A DNA stretch of 64,000 nucleotides from an uncultured archaeon (GTDB lineage Archaea; Thermoproteota; Bathyarchaeia; Bathyarchaeales; Bathycorpusculaceae). Numbering within the stretch: the stretch's first letter is position 1; each line of letters begins with the position of its first letter. The stretch lies in contig CAWALK010000018.1 in the NCBI GenBank assembly GCA_963782915.1, positions 128,001 through 192,000 of the forward strand, given 5' to 3'. Shown one piece after another: positions 32,066 to 42,200 of the stretch. The translations under genes and the position numbers were made by a program. The notes below the pieces were generated by a model. It had not been told where the DNA came from. It ran no database searches and was given only the letters and a program-made list of their open reading frames with translations.

Positions 32066-34671
32066 TTATGGCTTTTTTCTAACCATCAACGCTATCATTA
32101 AACCGACAACGATGATTGCTATGAATAGACCAGCGATTGCGGGTATGAAGTACAGATCAGCCATTGATGGAGCGGGTGTTGGTAGTGGTGTAGCGGTTGC
32201 TGGTGCGTCGAGTACTGTGAAGGATGTTTCTTGGTTTGATGGCCAATATCCGTTGTTGCCTGCGAATGTTGCGATTACTGTGTATTTGCCTGTAATGTCT
32301 GGGGACCATGCAATAGCTGTAGTAGCCGGTTGCGTCAGTGGTTGTTGTTCCGATTGTGCGGTAGTTTCCGTTTGCGTCGACGACGTTTATGGTTACTTCA
32401 ACGCCGGTGAAGTTGGTTGGGCATGGCTGCTGTTGGTAGATGTATCCCATCCAGTCTTTCATGCTTGCGTCAGATGAGACTGGGACTCCGTTGGGGAAGC
32501 GTGCTGCTTGCTCGTTTTGTTTTGTGCCTGCTGATATGTCGGTGACTGAGCCTTCAATGATGACTGCTTCGCCGAATGTGGATGATTTTGGTCCTGCTTG
32601 TACGGTGGTTTGGCTTGGTCCTCTTCCTAGGCTGTAGATTTGTTGGTCATAGCTGTTGAAGAGTACTGAGTAGCCGTCTGCGATTGCGTAGCTTTCGCCT
32701 GCTGAATTCGCCGGTGGCTGCTGAGAGTGTCCATAGTTCGGTTCCGTCGGTTGCGTTGACTGCTCGTGCGAGTGCGCCTTTGTAGATTGGTGTTTCGAAG
32801 GTGTGTTCTGTTGTGACTAGGTAGACTATGCCGTTGCCGATGGCGTTGATGAATGTTGGGTATGGTCCAGGGACTTGGAAGCCACTGTTTGTGGTGTTGC
32901 CTGCTCCGCCGTTGCCATATGTCCATAGGACTTTGCCTGTTGCCATGTCATAGCAGTGGAGTATGCCTGAGTATGCGCTGCTGTATATGCGGCCGTATGC
33001 TACAACGTTTGATAGTGTACCGGGTCCTGTGCTGCCATAGTAGTCAAGTGCTGGTTGTGGGTCACTTATCCATAGTCTTGCGCCTGTTCTTAGGTTGAAG
33101 CCTACGAATTGCTGTGTTTGTCTGTATGATTCACAGAAGTAGCCTGCTTGTGCGTCTGCCTCCTGCATATGAGATGGTGGTGATGTTGCCTGCTGGGGGT
33201 GTTACGGTATTCCACCATAGGACTTGACCGATTGCGCCTTTGGATGCGTTGAGGTTGACTCCGAAGTATGTGTATGGGGCGCCTGTGTCGCCTAATGCTG
33301 GGTATGAACCGTTTCTGCAGAGTAAGATGTCGTTGTAGAATGCTGCACGATGGTTGGTGATCCGGGTTGGTTATTGCGCCAAGATATTGAGGCGTTCTGT
33401 GTGTTTGCGTTGAGGGTAGTCGTAGAATTGGCTTTGGCTTGCGTTAAGGAAGGTTACGCCGTTGACAGTGGTGGTTTGTGGAGCCCATGCAGTGCTGTAT
33501 CCGTTCCACATTTTGCTTGCGTTCCATGAGGACAAGTACCAGTCAGGTTTTGCGGTTGTGCCGTTGTTGTAGAACATGTATCGGATTTGTTCGCCTAATG
33601 GGCCGATTACTGTTGTTCCTGAGGGTACGTTGGTGACGTTGAAGAGTGCTTTTCCTGTGTCTGCATCGTATACTTGTGCAAAGTTGGCTGTACATAGAAG
33701 TGCTGGGTAGACACCGTGGAAGTTAGGTGTTTCAAGGTCGTAAATCATTGCGAATGATAGTGCGGGTACGTCGCTTCGTCTCCAGACTTCTTGTCCGGTG
33801 CGTAAGTCAACGCAGACTGTGTCTCCGCCGTTAGCGCTAAACGACAATGGTTCTTTGTAGTAGATTCTTCCGTAGACAATTATTGGGTTAACGAATCTTT
33901 GAGCGTAAGCTGTTCCTTCGAAGTATGTGTTTGCTTGGATTGCAAAGTTGTCGTCTCCGACTACTCCGCCTGGTTGGACTTCTTTTGTCCACATTACGTG
34001 GCTTGTTTGGGAGCCAACTGCGCTGTCTGTGAATTGGCGTTGGTTTGGTCCTAACGATCCACCGTATCCTGGTGAACCACTGCCTAACCAGTTAGAAGCG
34101 ATTGAGTACCATGCTGTGTTTTCGCCGTATACTGGACGTGCCCAGTATTCGGTTGGAAGTGGTGCTATGGAGTACGTATGCGATTGGTTCTTCTTGTACA
34201 GTTAGAGTTGTTGAGGCTGAGCTTGGCAGGTAAGTGTCGTTTTTGAATATGTGAAGTTGAGAGGTATGGATAGTCGTTTACTTTCTGTCCGGGGTAATCG
34301 AAGGTTAAGTTGTATGTGCCAACTTGTGTTGGTGTGAATGAGTAGCCTTGGTTTGAGGTGGTGTCTTCTACTGTTTCAAAGGTTTTGGTTGTTACTTCGC
34401 CGTCTGGTGCTGTGATGGTGAGTTTGTAGTTGTGGAATCGGTAGTTGTTGGTCATTAATGTGTCAGCGTATGTTGGTGTTAGGAATAGGTAGATGTGGGT
34501 TGTTTGGCCGACGCCGATTGGGTTAATTGAGACGAATATGTGGGCAAAGGTTGGGATGTCCCATGCCGGTGTATGTGCGGTTGCGTTTGGTGTGAATGCT
34601 ATTGATGCTCCGATTGTTACGATTAAGAGAAGGGCTAAGATTGCTATCTTTTGGTTTCTTAATATGTGCAT
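32066..34671 (-). CDS. PQQ-like beta-propeller surface protein (indels)
   Basis: Signal peptide; VDLRTGQEVW, YDMATGKVLW, NATDGTELW repeats; C-terminal TM plus RKKP. Confidence 0.82.
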
Positions 34672-35149
34672 TCAATTTTTCTCCTTTATTTATAAGGTAG
34701 TTGTAACAATCGGTAGCCTTTTAAAACTTGCTATATGTCCACAGGTTACCAAGCGCAGACAGAAACAGCAATAACCGCTTGGTTACAACTCAATAGCCCA
34801 ATACAAAGAAGACCTCAATGCGACATAAGCAGAAAACATCAAGCAAGACCAACTTAATTCATCCGCAAACGTAAATAGCTAGGATGATACGCTGTAAGCT
34901 TGGACGATGAGGTTATCGAGGTACGATGAAGCTTAAGGTGGGGATTAAACGCCGGCGGCTTGTGAATACTTTTTCCGCTACTGAGTCCATCTCTAGCCAG
35001 ATATTCTGTGCTCTTGCCAACATAATTTCGCTGTACGTGGTTCCATGCAGTTGCGGCTATTTGAAGCCTGCCTTTTATGGAGGGACTAAAAGCTCATTAG
35101 TACTGAACATTTTCAATTATGCATGCTCTGATAGGTCGACTTCTTTAGG

Positions 35150-35190
35150 TTCTATATATATAGGGGAGGGGGAGGTCGCTCGAGAGGTAG
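35150..35190 (-). repeat. motif-B copy (reverse orientation)
   Basis: Reverse strand reads CTACCTCTCGAGCGACCTCCCCCTCCCCTATATATATAG. Confidence 0.5.
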
Positions 35191-35225
35191 ACAAGTCTGC
35201 ACAAGCTTTCAGGAGTTATTCGGGT

Positions 35226-35759
35226 CTATGTTTTGGGGAGTTTTTGGTAGCTTCTCATGGCTTCTTCAACCACTCTGATTGCTTCTGCACGATTTTGCCA
35301 GCCCTTAATCTTCACCCAACTGCATGGTTGGAGCCGCTTGTAAGTGGAGAAAAATTCTTGGATTTCTGTTAGTTGATGCTTCTGCACGTCGGCGATGTCG
35401 TTGTATCCTTCAAAGCGTCTGTCGTTTGCGAGTACGGAGAGGATTTTGCTGTCTTGGCCTTCTTCGTCTTCCATTTCTAAAACGCCGATTACCCGCACTT
35501 TCGCCACTGAACCCACCACCAAAGGCGCAAACGAGAGCGCCATAATATCCAAGGGGTCGCCGTCAGCCCATATTGTCTGGGGCACAAAACCGTATTCAAC
35601 CGGAAACACCACCGACGATGGAATGATGCGGTCGAGCACAAACGCTTCCCAGTCGGGGTTATACTCGAATTTGCTGCTTGAGCCGCCGGTGACTTCGATA
35701 ACCATGTTGAGTTCGGCTGGTGGATTGGTGCCTGCCGGTATTTGCCGCCAAAAATTCAT
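35226..35759 (-). CDS. ppa: family I inorganic pyrophosphatase
   Basis: LDR..YGFVPQT..DGDPLD, MEDEEGQDSK, FFSTYK. Confidence 0.93.
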   Translation of the reverse strand: MNFWRQIPAGTNPPAELNMVIEVTGGSSSKFEYNPDWEAFVLDRIIPSSVVFPVEYGFVPQTIWADGDPLDIMALSFAPLVVGSVAKVRVIGVLEMEDEEGQDSKILSVLANDRRFEGYNDIADVQKHQLTEIQEFFSTYKRLQPCSWVKIKGWQNRAEAIRVVEEAMRSYQKLPKT

Positions 35760-35814
35760 TCTGCCACACCAAAAGGGTGTGAGGGAAAGTGTGATTTAAG
35801 CGTAGTTGCAGGGG

Positions 35815-36594
35815 CTAATTCGAGAAATACTTTTCCAGTTTGGAGGTTCCGGATTTTTTGAGTACGGCAGCGCAGTCTTTGGGGTCAAGCGCCTTAAACT
35901 CCAAACCCATAGAAGCCAACAGCCCCTGTACATCCTTAGCTAAACTTGGCGCAACCAAGACGGCGCGGACTTCACGGTTTACTTTGGCTTTGATGGGTTC
36001 AATGTATTTGGAGAGTTGCAGCACGTTTTCTTTAGAAGCTGTTTTACGTTTGACTTCGATGATGACGAGTTTGCCGTCTTTGTCTTCGCCGTAAATATCC
36101 ACAAAACCTGGCTCAACATGTTTTTCCCAGCTGATCGGTTTAAATCCTGCTTCAAAGAGTTCAGGTTTGAGCAGTATGGCTCGGTGCATGTCGTCTTCGC
36201 TTGCATGCAATATAAATTCGCCTGAATCCAAGAGGTTAAGGGCGGATACCATGAAGACTGAGGCGAAAGTTACTTTGACGCTTTCATGTGGTTTTCGGCG
36301 AACCCCATGCACTTCTAATTTGTCGTCTTTGACTTCAACATGGAAAACGGATCCGGAGGGTTGCCAATTTACGGGTTCATATCCGGTTGGGCGATGCACA
36401 AGCAAGGAGCCATCGGATTTGATGATTAAGAGGCGTTCGCCGTTTTCGAGTGTGGAGTTGGCTCTGCCGGCATAGTGCACATGGCAGTCTCCTGCAACGA
36501 TGAGTGTTTTGCGTTGTGTGAAGGCTTTCTCGATTAGCACCGCTGCTTCCGCTAATGTGGGTTCTTTTAGGATTGAGAGTTTCTCAGACGCCAA
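35815..36594 (-). CDS. nucS: endonuclease NucS/EndoMS
   Basis: YAGRA, KSDGSLLVH..PVNWQP, VDI..D..IEVKR, QLSKY. Confidence 0.95.
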   Translation of the reverse strand: MASEKLSILKEPTLAEAAVLIEKAFTQRKTLIVAGDCHVHYAGRANSTLENGERLLIIKSDGSLLVHRPTGYEPVNWQPSGSVFHVEVKDDKLEVHGVRRKPHESVKVTFASVFMVSALNLLDSGEFILHASEDDMHRAILLKPELFEAGFKPISWEKHVEPGFVDIYGEDKDGKLVIIEVKRKTASKENVLQLSKYIEPIKAKVNREVRAVLVAPSLAKDVQGLLASMGLEFKALDPKDCAAVLKKSGTSKLEKYFSN

Positions 36595-36659
36595 ATTTTT
36601 CAGCCAACGTATTTTAGGTGGAGCTTGGGTACATAAGAATTCTCGAAGGAAACCAGAAG

Positions 36660-37205
36660 ATGGCTTGGAGAAGCAAGCGTAAAGTAATGCATGCTTACGA
36701 TGTCACAGCAGAAATGTATGATGAACGCTACTCAGGATGAGCAGCACCGCAAATACCAGAGGGCGCTGGAGAATGTGGATGTTTTGGGTGCGGCTGTGTT
36801 GGATGTGGGTTGCGGTTCAGGCTTATTCTTTGCTGAAATTGCCGAGAAAGCCAAATTCGTTGTCGGGCGTTGATGTTTCCAAGAAGCTTCTGCTAAAAGC
36901 CAAAGACCAATGCAGGCGGCAACGTTTTTGTTGTGCAGGCAGATGCAGATCATTTGCCCTTCCGCGATGGCTTCTTCGATGCAGTTTTCTCGTTTACTGT
37001 ACTGCAGAACATGCCCAAACCAGCTGTTACGTTACTGGAGCTGAAACGGGTTGCAGTTCAAGGCGGCAAAATTGCGGTTACCGGTTTAAAGAAAGCTTTT
37101 CCGCTCGAAAAATTCATGGATCTTGCGGAGGGCAGCGGCATGCAACTCGCAGCTTTCGTGGATGAAGAAGCCATAAACTGCTACATCGCGGTTTTAGCTG
37201 CTTAA
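36660..37205 (+). CDS. class I SAM-dependent methyltransferase (indels)
   Basis: VLDVGCGSG, GVDVS, ADADHLPFRDGFFDAV. Confidence 0.85.
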
Positions 37206-38482
37206 CAGTTGCACATCAGCTACTTCGCCGGTATCCGCATAGATGCCGACAGCGGCTTCGTTTATGCCGCCGGAATAGGTTTTGTCCAGTTGCATAACGA
37301 TGTACCAGTATGGGACAAGCGCGACAGAGTTGCTTCGTGGGTGAGGCAGCATTTGGGCGGATATGGTTTGTTGGCGTTGAAGTTGCTGGTTTGTGTTCCG
37401 TTGATGGTCCATGTGAGGGTTTTTAGGTGGTTTTGGGCGATTGTGGTTGCTTGGTTTTGGTTGATGTTTAGGTCTGCGTTGCCCACGGTGAAGAGGAAGT
37501 AGCCGTCTGTTAAGGCTGTTAAGACGTGGTTGTCAAAGGTCATGCGTAGGCTTTTGGCGCTGAAGTCGATGCCTTTTTCGGTGTACATCCAGAGGAACTC
37601 GGTGCTGCTGCCGTGTTTGGGTGATTTGGAGTTTCATGTTGCCGGATACCGCTGTGGTAACTGCGCCATCGGTTTGGTTGACGGTTGCGAGCAGTGTTGC
37701 TCATTTCTTGGAGGTAAGCATCACCCGAATAAGCTCTGTAGCGCTCGAGTGCGGCTTTGGCAGTTTCCAATATGCTGCTCGGCGGATTCTCGGTGAGAAT
37801 GGGTGCGCTTTCGGTGGAGGTGAGTTGGTAGCGGCTAAGATGATTTTCCCTGAAACGGTAACTTGCATCCAAATTGCTCGATGCACTGGTTAAGCTGTAT
37901 TTGAGGACTTCTTCCGCCACGCTAAAATCATCTCGGTACTCCAAAGTGTTGCTTAGCAGAGTGATTTTGTAGCGGTTAGTGTCGATTTGGACTACGTTGC
38001 GGGTGAGGTTGGCGACTTTGGTTGCGCCGATTCCCCATGAGAGCAACTGCTGATTTTCCGCTGTGAGGCTGCTTTGGTCTGCCGCAAGCTGATTTAGAAC
38101 CGTGTACTGGTAGATGCCAAAGCTCGAGAGAAACAGCACCGCAACCATCAAAACGGCGAAGGCTGCTTTCCATTTGCGCGCCAGCTTTTTTGGGACGCCG
38201 TCTGGTTTCAAGTTCAGGAGCTTCCTCCACACCTTTCATGGCGGATACGGTGGCTTTGCCGAAGCTCGAGAGCCTGGTATTGCCCATCATCCATTTTGGC
38301 AATCAGTTCGCCGAGGCTTTCGAGATGATAAGTTAAATGTGAGCTGGATACGCCAAGTGAGTTCGACCATCTCCATAAACGAGCATGGGTTTATCGTTTA
38401 GCATGCGCAGGATTTTGCGGCGTGCAGGATGCTTAAGCGATCGGAACATGATTGAGTAGATTTCTTCTTCGTTGCCGGACAT
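37194..38482 (-). CDS. membrane-tethered ArsR-type HTH regulator with extracellular domain (indels)
   Basis: MFRSLKHPARRKILRML..HLTYHLESL; TM WKAAFAVLMVAVLFL; long S/T/N-rich C-terminal domain. Confidence 0.75.
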
Positions 38483-38600
38483 GCCAAACCCACGGTTAGA
38501 TGCTAATTGGCGGTGTTGGCGTATAAGAGTTGCCGAAAACCGCAGTTTCAAGCGGAAAGCAGTATGAGAGATGATTTGCGGTCTCTTTGTGCGATTTTTT

Positions 38601-38858
38601 CTCTATCCCCCCTTATTTATAGGCTCAACAAGTGCAGACCCAGAATCAAATCGGCAAGGCATCCATTGAGAAAGCCATTGCGCCAAGTAGGCGTTTGTTG
38701 GTTAACCATCGGGTTAGTCTATGCATTTGCAATTCAAGCCTACCCAGCTTGCGTGCCCGAGCTTTTGTTGCTCTGCCAAGACCTCCCTATCCCCTATAAA
38801 AAGCACAAAAAGACTAGACACCTACCTCAGAGGTACCTACCCCTCCCTTATTTAAAGG
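38601..38858 (+). repeat. cluster of three motif-B copies
   Basis: CCCCCCTTATTTATAGG (~38607), TTTGTTGCTCTGCC..CCCCTATAAAAAG (~38764), CCTACCTCAGAGGTACCTACCCCTCCCTTATTTAAAG (38821). Confidence 0.65.
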
Positions 38859-38943
38859 ATAAAAATTAACAGCGTTTCCGTCGCGCTGCTTTTGGAAGCG
38901 CTCGGTTCCGCCGGCAGGAACCCTCCCTCTACAGGTTTCTGCA

Positions 38944-39536
38944 CTATGGATTCTTCAGTAGCGTCTGAGCCAGAAGCAGCCGCCAAGTCGTCAACTCGGA
39001 GAGGTTCGCCAGCCCCTCAGCGTTGAGGTAATTATTTGCGGTTTCGTCAAAGAGCACATTAGCAGACGGCGGCAAATCCTCATCCACCCACAGGATGTAA
39101 GTAATCGGGACCAAGTTGAATGCGGGAACCTCAACCGATGCCTGCCCAAACTCCAGCTTTTTGCCGCCCAACAAAACCGCAGCCTCAACAAGCAAATCAG
39201 GACAACCGCCAAAACCCTTAGCAATCGGATCAACCGCTTTGCGAACAAAAGCGTTCTCGTAAGCAACCCCACCAGAAAAATCCCTAAACTTCACCAACCT
39301 ACCACCCAGGGACTTTTTGGCAGCGGTGGAGTATTCGATGAGCAACTCGGTGATCTGGTGATGCATGGTCGGGTTACTAACCTCAACGGTACAATGCCTT
39401 TTTGCAGATCATCTTGGAATTCGCCTGTCACTAAATCAAGCGAAAAACCGAGAAACCAAAAAACGTTACTATCTCCAGCGTCAGTCAATTGCCGAAGCCG
39501 TAGCTGCTGCTCTAACGTAAGGTTTAAGGTGACCAC
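38944..39536 (-). CDS. DUF3786-like protein (indel)
   Basis: LVKFRDFSGGVAYENAF, VPITYILW.DEDLPPSANVLFD. Confidence 0.75.
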
Positions 39537-39599
39537 TATTGAGCACTCCTTAATTATGAAAATGCAATCTTTGTTCTTCTACATTTTGGCAACAGCTAA

Positions 39600-40110
39600 T
39601 CAGTAGCACTTACGCAGCTTTTTTTCTACGAACCACTAACACGAATACTGCGATAGCGACTAATCCCATTACAGACATACCAATGGGTGGCCCTTCCGGC
39701 AATACCTCGGCATTATTCACCACTTGAACTGTTACGACTGTGTATGCGCCGTCAACTCCTCCGCCGGTGCATAGCCAGCGGAACTGGTAGTATCCAACTT
39801 GGTTAATGGCTGACTAAAGGTTACGTGGTACTCCGCTTGTCAGTGAATTCCATGTGTGAATTTGGTTCCAGCTTGTAAATGGACCGCTCGATGCAGGGTA
39901 GGTCCACTCATCTCCAAGGTTCCTTGACCTTTGATGTTTCCTTGGGTGCTGGTGTAGGTGCATGTCAAAGTCACAGCTTGATTGACAATAATTATGGTTT
40001 TGTCTGTGGAAGGCTACCGGTTACTTCGTTATTGTTTTTACCGCTAACAGAGCCAAAAGCGAATAGAAAAACAAAAGCAAAAGCGTTACCGCTAAAATAC
40101 TTCTCCTCAA
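39600..40110 (-). CDS. small secreted protein with LPE-TM C-terminal anchor (indels)
   Basis: Start MRRSILAVTLLLLF; end EVLPEGPPIGMSVMGLVAIAVFVLVVRRKKLRKCY*. Confidence 0.5.
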
Positions 40111-40470
40111 AAAACGCTAAACTCCTAAAACTCCTACCAAGCTAGCAGTTGCAGCATGCACTTAAGTATTGTGTAAAAACAAACAATAAGACACAATAAA
40201 GGGCTAACTTAACCGAGCGAAGCAAAAATTGTATCAATTAAATCATAAATAGAGATAAAGAGAAAAACTACCTTTCTTCTTTTTTTCCGCTTATTACTCT
40301 ACGGTTTGCTCTTTGCAGATTCTGATTTTTTCTTCCTAATATTTTTTAAATTAAGTCTGCGACCATTTCTCAGGCTATCGACTGAGGGCACCTTAGACAT
40401 TACCCGTTCGTAATTCAGCGCTTGATTAAAAGCAGTAAATTCTATAAATAACCAAATCTAGGCTAGGAGT

Positions 40471-40728
40471 ATGGGCGACGTTTTAGACAGAGAAAAAGTG
40501 CGTGAGCTATTCAAGGTTATTTTCGGCAGGTGCAAGCACATAGAGGGAAAATCGCTAAAGTTGATGCCTCCAAACGCGGACAGCGTACACTCAAACGGTT
40601 ACCAGATTCATATTTCGCCCAACAACGATGAAATGCTGGAAGGCTGCATTGAAAGAATCGCAAGGGAACATGAGTTGGCAGTGGCTAACGAGGGAAATAC
40701 GTTAGTTATTTTCAAGCCCGCAAACTAA
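40471..40728 (+). CDS. small hypothetical protein, paralogue of 45241-45489
   Basis: GGAG SD; ungapped similarity to the 45241 protein. Confidence 0.75.
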   Translation: MGDVLDREKVRELFKVIFGRCKHIEGKSLKLMPPNADSVHSNGYQIHISPNNDEMLEGCIERIAREHELAVANEGNTLVIFKPAN

Positions 40729-40753
40729 AAGATGGCAGTAAGAGTTTTGGCGG

Positions 40754-41371
40754 TTAGTCTTCCGCTTCAGGCTCTTCCCCAGCTTGTTCTGGCTGCTCTT
40801 GGGCTTCGGATTTCTGCTTCTCTGCGCTTAGCAGCATCTCGATGAGTTTTTTCTCGTCCACTTCTGCCCTTGTGCGCCAATCCAGATACAGTTGCCCTTT
40901 GTCGTCTTGCGTAAGGTAGCCGTAGCGTATGTAGCGGTCGAGGTTTAAGCCGATTTTCCAGTTAGGCATCTTCTCGCCTAGCAGTTTTTCGACGTCTTTG
41001 CGTGTTGCCTGCCCTTTTTTGCTGACGATGTAGCTGATTGTTATGGCTAAGCCTGCGAGGTCGTCAACTCTCCAACCCATCAACTTGTCCTTTGATGCAA
41101 CGTCGCGCAATGCTACGAAGAAGCGGGCTTTATCCAGCTCCTCAATGGTTGGTTTCTCAGGGGTCTTCTCTTCCTCAAAAACCGTTTTAACCTGCATATC
41201 AAGCGGTTTTAAGTAATCGTCCAAGACATCGAGCACTTTGGGGTACTCGCTGCCCAAGGCTTTGTGGAGTTCCCAGCCCTTCACGCCTGGTTTAGCGTGG
41301 CGTTTGTAGAATAGCATCTGGGTGGCTTTCTTGACTTTGCCTGCGTAGAGGCCTTTTCGTTTTTGACTCAT
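40754..41371 (-). CDS. KITE protein, MAGE/Nse1-Nse3-like tandem winged helix
   Basis: GLAITISYI, LDRYIRYGYL, LYLDWRTRAEVDEKKL resemble MAGE/Nse1 WH-B; ATGA overlap with the kleisin gene. Confidence 0.72.
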   Translation of the reverse strand: MSQKRKGLYAGKVKKATQMLFYKRHAKPGVKGWELHKALGSEYPKVLDVLDDYLKPLDMQVKTVFEEEKTPEKPTIEELDKARFFVALRDVASKDKLMGWRVDDLAGLAITISYIVSKKGQATRKDVEKLLGEKMPNWKIGLNLDRYIRYGYLTQDDKGQLYLDWRTRAEVDEKKLIEMLLSAEKQKSEAQEQPEQAGEEPEAED

Positions 41372-42200
41372 GGCTGTTTACCTGTTTTCCATTTTTGCCA
41401 GTCTTCTACGGATACGGCGATTGGAATCGACTGGGACTGCACCGTCAACGCCTCAACCCGCGGCTTATCGAAGGGCAGTATAAACATGGTTTCTTCTAAC
41501 CTGTCGATTTCCAAGGTGGCGTATCCGTATGTTATTAGGAAGCTTGTTAGGAATGCGCGTTGGACGGTTTCTTCGTAGGTGTCTGCGCCGATGAAGTCCC
41601 AGTAGGTGATTTTGCCGTTTGCGGCTTTTTGGCGACTTTAAGTTTAGCTTGCCAGTAGCATTCGAGTTCTTCCCCGAACTCTTTGTCGCTCAAAACGCGG
41701 GCTTTGACCATTTCTTCTCGGCTAACCGAACCCATCGCAACAGCGGAGACATCGATGTCTTTCCATCGGTCACCCAACGGAGCCAATGCATCCCAATACA
41801 GCAATCCCTGGGCTAAACTGTGCAGGCTGAGCTGCTCAGACTCCACAAGGGGCGTCCAAGCTGACACAAACACGTCGACCATGCCCTGTTTGCTGGTCTG
41901 GCGAATCTTCTCTTCGAGCAGAAAGGGGTCTGTGTAGAGTGAGGTTGAGCGCTGTTTCACCCATTCACTCTGAATCTTGATGACGGATGCAAGGTGGTGG
42001 AGGGCTTCAGCATCTAATCTTAGCTCTTCGGGCTGGTCCCAATGCGGAAAATACTGCCTCACAATCGCGATTATATCGTCCACGTTTAGTGTAAATGGGT
42101 CAACTTGGCGGCTTTCAATGGCAACACACATTTCAACAATGCGTTCCAATCGCTCTTTGCCCAGTTTCTTCTCATGCTTCTCTGTTTGGATGGTTGGCAT
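41368..42200 (-). CDS. kleisin, Nse4/ScpA-like (indel near 41625)
   Basis: N-terminal VDPFTLNV..ELRLDAEAL; shifted C-terminus ITYWDFIGADTYEETVQRAFLTSFLITYGYATLEID..IAVSVEDWQKW. Confidence 0.72.
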
